Shown: one piece after another, positions 41,804 to 53,082 of the stretch
How the letters are laid out: the number at the start of each line of letters is the position of its first letter
Position numbering within the stretch: position 1 is the stretch's first letter
Sequence record: NZ_CP037472.2
Strand: one strand, 5' to 3'
Length of the DNA stretch: 64,000 bases
Source: a plasmid
The notes under the pieces: model-generated
Told to the model about the DNA's origin: nothing
The model's input: only the letters and a program-made list of their open reading frames with translations
Databases searched by the model: none
Position numbers and translations under genes: made by a program

Positions 41804-42562
41804 TTGGCAAGAATTAGTATGTTATTGTGTATTATATTTGTAATTGCTTGTAAGCAAGAAAGTTCTAGCATAGATATAAAAAAAAATATTAAAAAAGTAG
41901 ATTCAAAAAAAAATTTTGCTTTATGCGGTAAAGATGAAGCAGTCATAAAGCCAGCAAATATTGATTCCAGATATTTGGCTTTTTATAAACTTAACAGAAT
42001 GGTTAGGAATTTTAGACAGAAACTGAATGCTAAGACATTTGAATTTTTTTATGACCGAAAAATTGTGTTTGATTTCCCCATAAAACAAATTTTTCCGCTT
42101 TATGATAATCCAGATGATATTTATGAAGGCTTAGGTTACGATCCTATAGCTATTAAGAGTTTAGAATTGATATTGAATACATTGAATTTAGAACCTAATT
42201 TTGTTAATGAAGATTCAAGGCGTGCTTATAGTTTATTACTCTATTTATCAGATGTTGCAAAGATGGTCAAATTAATTGTGAATGAGAAGTTAGATGATAC
42301 AACTTTAGAACGATTTGAATCTGAAAGGACAGCAGAGGATCTTACTAAAATGCATTTTTATTTAGATAGGGCGATGGCAAATAGGGAAATGTTGAAGCTT
42401 AAACTTGTAGAACATATAATAAGGGTAGCAGAATATAATTTTACTAGAGAGTCGATTTTTAGATCACTTATAGAAGATATTCTTTTTCACATAGATGTTT
42501 TGCAGCCCTATTTAAATATGTTACAAAACATAGATATAGTTTTATGTTTGGTTGGGAAATAG
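41804..42562 (+). CDS. Family A lipoprotein paralog
   Basis: Lipobox FVIAC-K. Core IYEGLGYDPIAIKSLELILNTLNL. Confidence 0.6.
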   Translation: MARISMLLCIIFVIACKQESSSIDIKKNIKKVDSKKNFALCGKDEAVIKPANIDSRYLAFYKLNRMVRNFRQKLNAKTFEFFYDRKIVFDFPIKQIFPLYDNPDDIYEGLGYDPIAIKSLELILNTLNLEPNFVNEDSRRAYSLLLYLSDVAKMVKLIVNEKLDDTTLERFESERTAEDLTKMHFYLDRAMANREMLKLKLVEHIIRVAEYNFTRESIFRSLIEDILFHIDVLQPYLNMLQNIDIVLCLVGK

Positions 42563-42764
42563 GTTAATTGGAAACCTTCATATGGTTTTTTCTTTGATAA
42601 TTTTTCTTTTTAATGTTTTTAAATTTACCAGATAAAAATTTTGATTTAATTTAGCATAATTTTATTGTATAAATTTAGTTTTATTAGTATATAATACTAA
42701 TTGTTAAGATTGACTTAGTATAAATAAATATTATTGAGTGTTTAATCTTAAAAAGGAGAAGTAT

Positions 42765-43845
42765 ATGAAAATATTAGGTGTAGTGTTTTGTTTATTATAT
42801 GCCTTAGGTATGAATTCTTGTAAGACTTGGACCTCAAGGGATTCATCTAAAAGATGGGGATACAAAGTGATGTGACTAGCACTCATCTGGATGATGTTCG
42901 TAGTTTAGACCACATGGGTGTAAACTATTCAGAAGTGTATAAGGGGTTCGGACTTACAGAGAGCTTGGACGCAGATGATTCAGATTTAAGGCAATCAGAA
43001 GTTCCTGTGGAAGAGGAGAGAGTGGTTCCAGAAATTCAGTTAGATTTTCAACTAAAGTCAGGAACTAAATTAGGAGTAGGTGATGATAATAAGGATAAGA
43101 ATGATGGTAGAGAAGGAAATAATACAGTTGATGGTAAAAAAATTGGCATAAATAAACAATATGTTGAAGACAATGGTAACTTAGTAGATGAAGAAAATAA
43201 GATTCAAGATTATGATATATTGGATTTTTAGTACCACTAAAATCCAATATATACTGAACTTATCAATGAAATAAAAGATTACAAAGAAAATCTTTCAGAA
43301 AAACTTACACAGTTTAATTTAGAAAACCTTGCATTTAAGATTCCTTTCAATAAAATTTCGTCAGAATTTGTATCTAAAGATAAACAAGAGGAAATTTATG
43401 CAGTTTTGAGATATGATGTTAAGCTTATTGAGAAATTAGGAGATATGTTTTCTAGATTGAATTTAGCTGGTTTTAAGTCCTTTAATGATTCTGTGAGAGT
43501 GTCTAGAGACATGTTATCAGTTTTAAGCAGTGTGTCCCATTACTTCCAGGGAAGCTTAAATCATTTTAATGATGAATTATTAGATAAAATTAGTAATTAC
43601 AAGAGTAGATGATGATATTGATCAGGTTCTTAGTATTCTAGTTAAGATTGGGCAGGTTAGAGATGGCTTGATTAAGAATATTGATGACTGTGTAAAATCT
43701 TTAGAATCAGTGACTGATGAAAAAAGAATTGTTGCTGTATTGAAAGAAAGCTTTGCTCAAAATGGGGATATTAAGCGAAAAGTTAGTATTTTAAAAGAAT
43801 TTAATGACGTTATTGAAAGTTTAGTTGATAAGTTGAAAGTTAAAT
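42765..43845 (+). pseudogene. Family A paralog disrupted by several frameshifts or stops
   Basis: ATG at 42765 gives a signal peptide MKILGVVFCLLYALGMNSC-K, then the frame breaks. Core IYAVLRYDVKLIEKLGDMFSRLNL is at 43382-43453. TGATGA stops fall at 43609-43614. The C-terminal part (NGDIKRKVSILKEFNDVIESLV) is in another frame. Confidence 0.55.
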
Positions 43846-44042
43846 AGGTTATATTAGCCTATTTAACTTTTTTATTTGAATGTGTGTGATTAAAAGGGGG
43901 GGGGATGAAAAAGTTTCAAAAAAATTCAATTTAAATATTGATAATTTTAATTATTGATATATTATACTGAATATAAATATATATTATATATCATATAGTA
44001 TTAACTATTATATAATATGTAAACTATAATAGGGAGAGGTAT

Positions 44043-44780
44043 ATGAAAAGATCTAATTTAGTGATGGGTAATGTGTCTTGTAATGCAGATAAGATTTCAA
44101 AAGGCAAACAGGCTAAAAAATTATTTTATGTTAGGAGCAATGTAGGTGGTAATGTGGGTCGTGTACAACCATTTCATATAAGTTCTAAAGAGAAAGCTTA
44201 CTATACTTTAAAAACAAAAGTAGGTTTTTATAGAGAGGAACTTGAAGAGATGCAAAAGCATTTTAATTTAAAAGGAGTTTTTTTTAATATTCCTTTCAAT
44301 AAAATCTCATCAGATTTTGTTGATTTAGATAGACAAGATAAAGTTTATGCTAGTCTAGAATATGACGTTGAGGTTATTAAAAAATTGGGAGTGATATTAA
44401 ATAGGTTAGAGTTAGATGATCTTCCTTTTGACAATGATGATATAGCTTTTGCTCGTGGTTTATTGATAATTTTAAATAACATTACGGATTGTGCTGAGAT
44501 AGTTATAAATTACTATTTAAGCAATGAAAATTTAGTTCAAATTAAAGCTAATAAAGATGAAGCAAAAATTAATAAAATTTATGATCACCTGGAAAAATTT
44601 ATTAACCAGAGAAAGAATTGTATATCTGATGTTAAGGAGCAGATAAAATTGCTTGAATCAAGGATTAGTAGAGACTCTTTATTGTTAGGAATTAAAGAAA
44701 TTATTAATTTCAAGGGAAAAGTTGGACAATCAGTTAGCTTAATGGATACACTTGCCATTACAATTTGGAGTCTTTGTTAA
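44043..44780 (+). CDS. Family A paralog
   Basis: RBS GGGAGAGG. Core VYASLEYDVEVIKKLGVILNRLEL. A G9 tract lies 140 nt upstream (43897-43905). Confidence 0.6.
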   Translation: MKRSNLVMGNVSCNADKISKGKQAKKLFYVRSNVGGNVGRVQPFHISSKEKAYYTLKTKVGFYREELEEMQKHFNLKGVFFNIPFNKISSDFVDLDRQDKVYASLEYDVEVIKKLGVILNRLELDDLPFDNDDIAFARGLLIILNNITDCAEIVINYYLSNENLVQIKANKDEAKINKIYDHLEKFINQRKNCISDVKEQIKLLESRISRDSLLLGIKEIINFKGKVGQSVSLMDTLAITIWSLC

Positions 44781-45129
44781 GAACAAGAAATACTTTGGTT
44801 TCCATTTTTTTAAGTTTTAGTTAGAGGCGAGTGATTAAGAGGATAGCTGTATTCTTTAAAAGAAAATTTAATACAAAGTATGTCATTTGTAAAAATGGAT
44901 AAACTTATTAACGGATTTAAGAAAAACATTTAACTTTAAAATTTTAATAATTGTACGAAATTTACCTATTATTGTGTTTCAGATAAATAAGACTTACATA
45001 TTTATATTAATTTATATTATTTAAATACAATCATATTATATTATAATATAATTATTATTATAATATAATATGATTGTATTGTACTTATTATAATATAATA
45101 TGATTATTTTAAGGAAGGAGAAATATCTT

Positions 45130-46080
45130 ATGAATAAAAAATTAAAAATGTTGATTTACTATATGTTATGTATTCTAGGTTTGATGTCTTGTAAAAACCC
45201 TGGATTAACTCGAAGGTCTCCAGATATTGATAGAAGCATTAAAGTGGTAATGGAGGGGGGGGAATTCAAAGGTTTACAAGCTTTAACCAAACAAGTTGAA
45301 CCCTCAAGTGGAGTTGGAGTAGTTGCAGATGTTAAGAAGACCAAAGAAGTTACTATAGTTGTAGATAAGGATAAAGCAGGTACAGTTTCAGGTCATAAAA
45401 CTTCAGGCAAGGTTGTTGCTATAGATAAACAAGCAGTGGTAGATTTGGAAAAAAAGAAATTAGAGGAGTATTATGATAAATTTTCAAATAATGTGGCTAG
45501 ATACAAGTCAGAATTTTTAAGTAATAATTCTCAAATTGCATCAAGTGGTATTTCATTACTTGAGCATTTCAAGAAAGTAGCATCAATCTTCGCAGGTTTA
45601 GAGCAACAGTTAAATATTTATATTGCATTAGGATATGATGTTGAGGCTATTAAAAAGTTGGGAGTGATACTTAAAAAATTAGATTTAGGTTATCCAGCTT
45701 CTCTAAATTATGGTGATACAAAAATTGCTAATAATTTATTGAATCTCTTAGAACAGGTTGGCCTTTACACTAAAAAAATTATGAATACTCATCTAAGCAG
45801 TGTAAATTTAAGTAGAATTAAAGTTGCAAAGACTTTAGATGATATTATTGCAATTGATTCTCTTTTAGAGAGCTTTATTCAAGAAAGAGAAAGGGCAGTA
45901 AAGACAATTAAAGACCAAATAACATTGTTAGCTGAAAAAGAAAAAAAAGAAGATCTCATGGAGGAATTAGTAAAAGTTATTAATTCAGGAGACGATCATA
46001 ATAGAACAATTAAGAGCGCATCTTATTCTATTGTAGGATTCTCGGATCAAATAGGCAATTTGATTTCTAAACTATTATAG
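45130..46080 (+). CDS. Family A lipoprotein paralog with an internal in-frame G8 tract
   Basis: ATG after AAGGAAGGAGAA. Lipobox ILGLMSC-K. Core IYIALGYDVEAIKKLGVILKKLDL. G8 at 45255-45262 encodes MEGGEF. Confidence 0.65.
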   Translation: MNKKLKMLIYYMLCILGLMSCKNPGLTRRSPDIDRSIKVVMEGGEFKGLQALTKQVEPSSGVGVVADVKKTKEVTIVVDKDKAGTVSGHKTSGKVVAIDKQAVVDLEKKKLEEYYDKFSNNVARYKSEFLSNNSQIASSGISLLEHFKKVASIFAGLEQQLNIYIALGYDVEAIKKLGVILKKLDLGYPASLNYGDTKIANNLLNLLEQVGLYTKKIMNTHLSSVNLSRIKVAKTLDDIIAIDSLLESFIQERERAVKTIKDQITLLAEKEKKEDLMEELVKVINSGDDHNRTIKSASYSIVGFSDQIGNLISKLL

Positions 46081-46122
46081 TGAAATGTGTTAACTTTTTT
46101 AGACTTAAATTTGAAATAGAAT

Positions 46123-46150
46123 AGGCCATGAGTATGGCCTAAATTTTTTA
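46123..46150 (+). terminator. Hairpin aggccat-gagt-atggcct followed by a T-run, downstream of the 45130-46080 gene
   Basis: 7-bp perfect stem read directly, then AAATTTTTTAT. Confidence 0.35.
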
Positions 46151-46692
46151 TAAATTTAATCAACAAAATTTAGTTTTAACTATAGATATATTTAGATTTT
46201 TTTGTTAATTCTTAAGCTTAGTTTAAATTATGTCTTAAAGACATGAATATACAAGTCTTAAAAGGTTGTATGGTTTATTGGATCTATTAGTTGTTTCTGA
46301 TCAAGCTAGAAATCATCATATTGTTGGTAGAATTTTAGATATTTTTCTAGTAAAAGATTTAACTTAAAAAGTTAATCTTGTTAAGATCTAATCTTAAAAA
46401 TGTTAAGAGACTAAAAAGAGTTGATCATATTGATAGATGATATTACAGTATAAGTCACTGAACTTATCGTGATCTTTAATGAAAACCAATTTAAGAGGAA
46501 TTAAAATTTCAAGATCTCGTCTAATAAAATAACTAATATCACTTAAAATTAACAATCAAACATAATAAGTGATTTTATTGGCATTATTGCTTCAAGCAGT
46601 TGTATCCGTTTAAATGTGATTTACTTAATAAATTTAATTTTAAATTAAATTCAATTTTAAATTAAATTTGATTGCAGATTTTGTGTTATTTA

Positions 46693-46790
46693 AGTATAAT
46701 AAATATTACAGGTTAAGCCACCACCTGATCCAGCTTACGTACTTTGAAACGTAATTTAAAGACGTAGGCTGTCCTTTTTATTTTTGATCA
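46693..46790 (+). ncRNA. Candidate small RNA mini-gene, copy 1 (promoter-like TATAAT, GC-rich leader, terminator hairpin, U-run)
   Basis: ttatttaagTATAATaaatattacagg, then ttaagccaccacctgatccagc. Hairpin cagcttacgtac...gacgtaggctg, then tcctttttattttt. Confidence 0.4.
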
Positions 46791-47297
46791 AATTATTAGT
46801 CTACATATTAATTAGTAATATAATAGATGTATTACCAATAAGTAATGTATATTATATAAGTTTATGGTTTTTGTTTAGTGTCATCAAAAACCATAAAGAT
46901 TAAATAATTTTTAGTTTAATGGTGTTATGTCTAGTATCTTTAGTTACTTTAATAATATTAAATTTTATCAGTAAAGATAAGAGATTGATTTTCAGTAGTA
47001 TTTGTTTAAACTAGTTAAAGTATTTTTTTGATAAATCTATGATGAGCTATTTTTAAATTATTAATAATCTTAAAAATAAATATTAGAATTAGATTATAGT
47101 AGTATTATGATAAATTATTGTTAAAGGAGAAAGAAAAACTAAGGCAGCAAAGTTTGAAATTAATTTATAGTTCATTATTTAGTAAATAGTCTTTTTTAGA
47201 ACTAAAACCCTATCAGGTGATAGAAAAAGTTATTTTTATTAATTTTTATTAATTGATAAAAACGTTAAAATTCATTATAATTGAGTTGCAAATCTTA

Positions 47298-47395
47298 TAT
47301 TATTTAAGTATAATAAATATTACAGGTTGAGCCACCACCTGATCCAGCTTACGTACTTTAAAACGTAATTTAAAGACGTAGGCTGTCCTTTTTTT
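47298..47395 (+). ncRNA. Candidate small RNA mini-gene, copy 2 (about 97% identical to copy 1)
   Basis: The same ~97-bp sequence with 2 substitutions (a>g at the leader, g>a in the loop), 605 bp downstream of copy 1. Ends in tcctttttttgat. Confidence 0.4.
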
Positions 47396-48556
47396 GATAT
47401 TATCTTATACTTTTCATTAAATTGTATAAAAAATATAAAACTAAAATCCTAATTAATCAATATGATTAATTAACATGTAATTAAAATATATCTATTTTTG
47501 TAATTGTTAAGGTCTGGTATTGTAATAGGTTATTAAGGGGGAAGACAATAGAATAGTATAAAAAGTAATTTCAATGTAGTAATGGGAGATATAAATAAAT
47601 GTTAGCTATGTAATGGAGGTTAGATGTGACAGGTTAGAAGTGCAGATTAAAATATGAAAGATGAGTATGAAAATAAACTATGAAATAATTTAGTAAAAAC
47701 TTTAGTTACAGTAATATTAATTGTGATAATTAATAATTATTCGTATATAATAATAAGTATAAAGATATATTATGTATTATATAGTAGTAAATATAGAGAA
47801 GTAAGTGTATACTAATTATTAGTTTTTAAAAAATAAAGAATGATAAAAATCAGTCTACATTTTTTAAGTAGGTAGTCTGGGTCAGGTGGTGGCTCTGCCT
47901 TTATTTTTATACTTGTAATTATATTAAAAAATTATAGGAAGCTATTTAATGTTGGGATATGGTCCACAGGTAGGTATGTCGTGTAAGGGATAAACTGTGA
48001 CTTATCGTTATTAGAAAATTAATAGACAAACTTAACAAGGGTGCAAAATAAAAATTTGAAAAAAGGTTAAGCCACCTATCAGCTTAATTATTGCATAACT
48101 GAGCTGATGTTAAACAATCGCTTATTGTTAAGCTAAGAACATGAAAAGTTTTATACTTTGACGTTAGTACATAAAAGTATTATATATATTATTATTATAT
48201 AGGCTTGATTTTTGTTTGTACAGTAGAAAAGCTTAAAAAGAGTAATTTTTACTGAAAAATCTGGTGAGTATTTGGTTATTTCATAATCATAGTAATATTT
48301 ATAGTCAAAAAATTAACGAAAAGAAAAATAATAACTAGTGGTTAAAAATCATTTAAATATATTTAGTAACGTGAACAGTTTCAAGTCATATGCTTTGACA
48401 AACTTTAATTTTATAACATCTTATATTAGTAGAGTATTAATTGTTATAATTAATTATAGCTTTTAGCTAGAATTATGAGTTTTAGTTATATGTGTATGGT
48501 ATTTGGTGATGGTTATTTAAATGAGAATAGAAGTGGGGAAGGGGGGCAAGAGTTGT

Positions 48557-49372
48557 ATGAAAAAGTTTAGTATGTTATTTGTTATGAGTGTGATTATTTG
48601 TATTTGTGTGGGGTGTAGGTTGTTTCAAGTCTCTTCGGAAAAAGCACGCTCTTATTTGACAGTTGTAAATGCATCATTAGATAATAAAATTAAGGAAGAT
48701 GCAGAATTGTCTAAAAGACTAGCATCGTCTTTAGTTATTTTAGAAAATTTAATCAAAAATAAAGACGAGATGCAAAAAATAGATAGAAGTTACTCTGAAC
48801 TTAAAGATAAAGTAGAAAAATATAGGTTAAGACTTAGCTCTCAGGAATCTGAATTTAGTCCAGATCTTAGTTCATTAATTGTGCTTTTTAGAGCAGTGGG
48901 AATGACGTTTGAGCATATAAGGATAAGGTACAATATTTATGCTACTCTAGGATATAATTTAACAATTATTGGGCAGTTGGAGAAAATATTGAATCACTTA
49001 AGTCTCAATGCTCAGAGTATAGATAGAAGTCTGGCATATGATTTACTTGTATTTTTAAGTAATGTTACAAATTTTGCTCGATTGATTGTAGATGTTTATT
49101 TAAGAGATTTGAAATTGGCTAAAATTGCAACTAAAGATAAAGTTATGACTGAGATTTATTATCAGCTAGATGAATTTATTATAAGAAGAGAGTACTTGAT
49201 AGAGAGAATGAAAGAAATGATAAGTTTAGTGGCATCAAAGACGGGTAATAAGCTAGAGATGTTAGAGATATTGGGTAGGGAACTTGATAAGGATTCAGAA
49301 ATTGTAAAGATGGTTAATTTACTTCAAGAAATTAAATATAAAATAGAAATATTGACTTGGACGTGGGAATAA
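48557..49372 (+). CDS. Family A lipoprotein paralog (last plus-strand member)
   Basis: ATG at 48557 with G4/G6 runs in the upstream RBS region. Lipobox CICVGC-R. Core IYATLGYNLTIIGQLEKILNHLSL. Confidence 0.6.
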   Translation: MKKFSMLFVMSVIICICVGCRLFQVSSEKARSYLTVVNASLDNKIKEDAELSKRLASSLVILENLIKNKDEMQKIDRSYSELKDKVEKYRLRLSSQESEFSPDLSSLIVLFRAVGMTFEHIRIRYNIYATLGYNLTIIGQLEKILNHLSLNAQSIDRSLAYDLLVFLSNVTNFARLIVDVYLRDLKLAKIATKDKVMTEIYYQLDEFIIRREYLIERMKEMISLVASKTGNKLEMLEILGRELDKDSEIVKMVNLLQEIKYKIEILTWTWE

Positions 49373-49467
49373 TTAATTACTTTATAGTGTGATATAGACA
49401 AATATTTTTTTGCATTATTAATGAATGTTTGTTTGATTTTGTAACTTATTATTTTGTCTAAAATAAG

Positions 49468-49500
49468 AAAGGGGAGAAAAGATAATTTTCTCCCCTTTGG
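49468..49500. terminator. Bidirectional terminator between convergent family A and family B arrays
   Basis: Perfect 13-bp stem aaaggggagaaaa / ttttctcccctttgg with loop gataa; A/T runs on both sides. Confidence 0.6.
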
Positions 49501-49525
49501 GTTATTGAGCCATTTTAAAATTGTA

Positions 49526-50428
49526 TTATATTTTAGATAAATTATTTGTAACTTTTTGATGAAGTTCTTTTATTTTAGGAAGTTCTGTCTTAAGTATTGT
49601 ATTATATTGAGAATCTACATAATTTCTTAGTGTTGCTTCATTGCTTTTTATACCAGAAGTATCAGCCTCATGTTCAGCAATGATTTTATTAACAGTATCT
49701 TGCCATTTCTTTCTTAATTCTTCAATCTTTTCAAGGTTGTCTTTGATGTCTTTTAGTTGTTCAAGTGTCAATTTCTTAAGATTGTCTTTTTTAGTGTTTA
49801 TTGTCTTAACCGTTTCTTCAAAATTTACTTGAGTATATGTTACTCCGGCTTCCAAGATAGATTCTGCTAACTTATTGGTATCATTTCTTGCTATTGCATT
49901 AAGGATTTGTCCAAACTTTTGAATTGTGTTTTCTTTCCAATCCAAGGATGAATATAGTTTTTGTCTTATATTTTTATTTTCACTAGAATTTATTGTTTTG
50001 CTATTTTTAGTGAGCTTTAAAATTTTAAATACCCCCCATTCCATTCCATATTGTTCATGGCCTTCAGTTTTTTTGTTATATTCGTTTATTAACTCCACAC
50101 TAGTTTGAGCTTTTTTTGTTATCTCAGCTATTAATGCAGTTTTTTCTTTATTTTCTGCTGATTCTTTTTGTAGAATTGCTTCTGGGTTTTCTTGTTCATT
50201 TGGTTTGATTTCTAGATCCGGTGTCAAATTTTCTTCATCTTTTTCATTAGTTAGTTGTGGATTTAATGCTTCTCTTTCTAATTTTGTTGAGCCGTCAGAT
50301 TGATTTTCATTTTTCTGATAGTTTTTTTGACTCTTTAACTTTATATTACCATATGGTTCACAACTGATTAAAGTGAATGACGTTAAAGCAAATATAATAA
50401 GAGCGTTATTTAAAATATTCTTTCTCAT
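49526..50428 (-). CDS. Family B lipoprotein (YSSL-W/Y core motif)
   Basis: Lipobox FTLISC-E. Core KLYSSLDWKENTIQKFGQILNAIARNDTNKL. Confidence 0.6.
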   Translation of the reverse strand: MRKNILNNALIIFALTSFTLISCEPYGNIKLKSQKNYQKNENQSDGSTKLEREALNPQLTNEKDEENLTPDLEIKPNEQENPEAILQKESAENKEKTALIAEITKKAQTSVELINEYNKKTEGHEQYGMEWGVFKILKLTKNSKTINSSENKNIRQKLYSSLDWKENTIQKFGQILNAIARNDTNKLAESILEAGVTYTQVNFEETVKTINTKKDNLKKLTLEQLKDIKDNLEKIEELRKKWQDTVNKIIAEHEADTSGIKSNEATLRNYVDSQYNTILKTELPKIKELHQKVTNNLSKI

Positions 50429-50671
50429 AAATATTCTCCTTCCTTAATATTATAATCTTAATTAATATCAATTATAATATAATATTATATATCATTTAAT
50501 ACAAAAACAATATATTGATAAAAAATTATTTTTTATAATGGTACTTATCTATAGTTTATATTTGTTTTATTGATAATGCTTATTTATTCCAAAGTCGTTG
50601 TATAAAAATGCTAGTTTTATTAAGTGTTATTTTATGTACGTGTATTTGCAATATTGGTTGGAAGTTTGTTA

Positions 50672-50702
50672 AAAAAAGAGAAGATATTCTTCTCTTTTTT
50701 TA
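50672..50702. terminator. Hairpin plus T/A runs downstream of the minus-strand gene 50725-51567
   Basis: aaaaaagagaag-atat-tcttctctttttt read directly. Confidence 0.5.
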
Positions 50703-50724
50703 ATTTTTACTTAAGATAATAATA

Positions 50725-51567
50725 TTATTTTATTGTATCTAGAATTGTTTTAATATCGCCACTAGTTGTTGCGATTTTATCAAGTTCAGACTTAATTTTT
50801 GAGTCGTATTTTGGCTTTATATAATCTACTAATTTTTTAACATCATTTTTGATGCTGTCTTTATCATCTGTATGATCTTTAACAATTTCCTTTACAAGAT
50901 TTATCCAATTTTGTTTTAAGCTGTCAATTCCATCAAATTTTGCTTTCAATTCAGTCATCTTTTCATAAGGTAAATCATTAAGCTTGTCTTTTTTAAGGTC
51001 TATTTGATTAACTATCTTTTCAAATCCATCTTGAAGCTTGTGACCTGCGTCAATAAGATCTTTAGGCAAAGTCCCTTTATTAGTGTCATCCTTTTCTACT
51101 TGTCCGATAATTTTTCCAAAATCTTCAATTGTTGTCTTTTCCCAATTCAAGGATGCATAGAATTGTTCTCTTAAAGTTTTGTTTTCTACCTCATCATAGG
51201 TTTTTTGATTGCTGCTATTGGTTAATTTTTTGAATACGTCTGTTTTCATTCCGTGTTGTTCATCGGATTCTTGCTTACCTTTTACCATTTCTTGTTCTTC
51301 TGTTATTTTTTTATTAAGAGCATCTATTAAAGGTTTGTTTGCTTCATTTGCATTTTCTGGTTGCTTTGCATCATTTGCATCTGCTAAATTTGCATTTGCT
51401 AAATTTACATCTGATGAAGCTTGTTGTGAGCTGTCATCACCTTGGATATTGTTTGAGGTGTTTTTTTTATTATCTTTTATTAATGAGTCAATTGGCTTAC
51501 AGCTAGTTAAAGTAAATGCTACTAGAGTAAAGATAATAAAAGTGTTGTTTAAAATATTTTTTTTCAT
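50725..51567 (-). CDS. Family B lipoprotein paralog
   Basis: Lipobox FTLTSC-K. Core QFYASLNWEKTTIEDFGKIIGQVEKDDTNKG. Confidence 0.6.
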   Translation of the reverse strand: MKKNILNNTFIIFTLVAFTLTSCKPIDSLIKDNKKNTSNNIQGDDSSQQASSDVNLANANLADANDAKQPENANEANKPLIDALNKKITEEQEMVKGKQESDEQHGMKTDVFKKLTNSSNQKTYDEVENKTLREQFYASLNWEKTTIEDFGKIIGQVEKDDTNKGTLPKDLIDAGHKLQDGFEKIVNQIDLKKDKLNDLPYEKMTELKAKFDGIDSLKQNWINLVKEIVKDHTDDKDSIKNDVKKLVDYIKPKYDSKIKSELDKIATTSGDIKTILDTIK

Positions 51568-52806
51568 AAATATTCTCCTTCCTTAAAATCAAAATTGATT
51601 ATCAAATGATAATCATTCTAAATAAGAATTATACATTTTTAAATTTAGATGTCAAGTTAGTTAAGTGAGATGATAATAAAAATTTTTCTTATAATGTTTT
51701 TGGTTTAGCAATTTTTTATTTATGCCAAAATCTAATGGATAGTGTTTTAGATTAATTTTGAATTTATTTGAAATGAACTCATCTAATGAGACAGGTTTTA
51801 CTTTATTCTCAAGATTGCAACTTTTACTTCTAACTTTTCTGTTTCATTGTTAAAAGATTTATATGAATTAACTTAGAATTAATACTTTAGACTTCACAAT
51901 ATTTTTCTTTTTGCACTTAAAAGACTGAATCAGTCGTTGTAATATTTTAGCTTTAAAATATAGTAGGTTATTATTATTTCTTAATAAATTATGTATTTAC
52001 TTTTATTTGAATATCAATATATACATAAACAACTTATTCATAGCATCGTGATATAAAGTATACTGCTTTAATGGTATGATCACATTTATTAAAAAGGAGT
52101 AAAAAAATTTGCTTACTCCTGATGGGGGTCTATTAAAGCTTAATTTATAGTGCTTTTGCATTTTATTTTTTTTCTAAATAAAGACAATCTTGAACTCATT
52201 TTTATGTTATTAATTGGCTTTCGGATTACTGGCCAGAAGTTTGCTTTCATGTTCTCCCTTACCTTAAAGGATTTTAGTTATGCTGAAATCTAGCTAACTT
52301 CTTTTCTGGTAGGTTTTTATCACCAGTAAATAATGACCAGTAACTGAATGCCTATCAGGTTTTGCCCCCGTTTTTCCAGGTTCTCAGTTATAAAAAATTA
52401 ACATAAGAACACTAAAATGCACATAACAGAAAAGATATACTTCAAAATATTTTCCTTATTACTGGAACCAAAAAATTAATTAATTGAAATCTTTAATTAA
52501 TTAATTTTTTTGTAACTTAGTATTATTAATTATAATAACCATTAACTAATATTGTATATTTATTTTATTTAAATATCAATACAAAAAGAAGGAAATAATA
52601 ATACTATAATAATTTATTAATTGATATTATAATTTTTATTTATTGTATTTTTGAACTAAGATTGCTTTTTAGATTTTTAAAAATTCTTTAGAAATCTAAA
52701 AATAGAAATACTTTGTATTGATTTTATTACTTAAATAAATATACAATATTAGTTTTTTATATTTTATTTAAAGTTCTTTTTGTACTTCAAATCGATCATT
52801 ATTCGT

Positions 52807-53082
52807 TCAATTATCGTTATAGTCTAATTTGTATTGTGTTGTATTTTCTGCTCCTATTAGTTGTTTTAGTTTCCGTATTTCATTTTTTATTTGTTGTCTT
52901 CTTTTTGCTTTTTCTAGATTTTTTTTTGCATTTTTTGGTATTTTTGTTAATTTTTTGTGTATTGTTTTTTGTTTTTTTTCTATTGATCTGTATGCTTTGA
53001 TTTCTATATCTTTCTTGATTAGATGCTGTCTACAAGCAATTAAGCTTGTTAAAGCTAGTAATACAAAAATATTATACTTCAA
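52807..53082 (-). CDS. Small basic lipoprotein (hypothetical)
   Basis: Lipobox LTSLIAC-R; K/R/Q-rich, 91 aa. Confidence 0.3.
   Translation of the reverse strand: MKYNIFVLLALTSLIACRQHLIKKDIEIKAYRSIEKKQKTIHKKLTKIPKNAKKNLEKAKRRQQIKNEIRKLKQLIGAENTTQYKLDYNDN

Noticed and set aside
46693-47395. tRNA or mobile-element terminal inverted repeats as an explanation of the GC-rich duplicated element
   Set aside because: No cloverleaf-compatible arms or anticodon structure, no flanking transposase ORF, and the copies are direct rather than inverted. The sRNA mini-gene reading fits better, though a miniature repeat element cannot be excluded without a genome-wide search.
52190-52400. Possible small RNA or tRNA-like region in the 51.6-52.8 kb gap
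   Set aside because: No convincing promoter-terminator pair or tRNA structure was found. It looks like degraded coding sequence.
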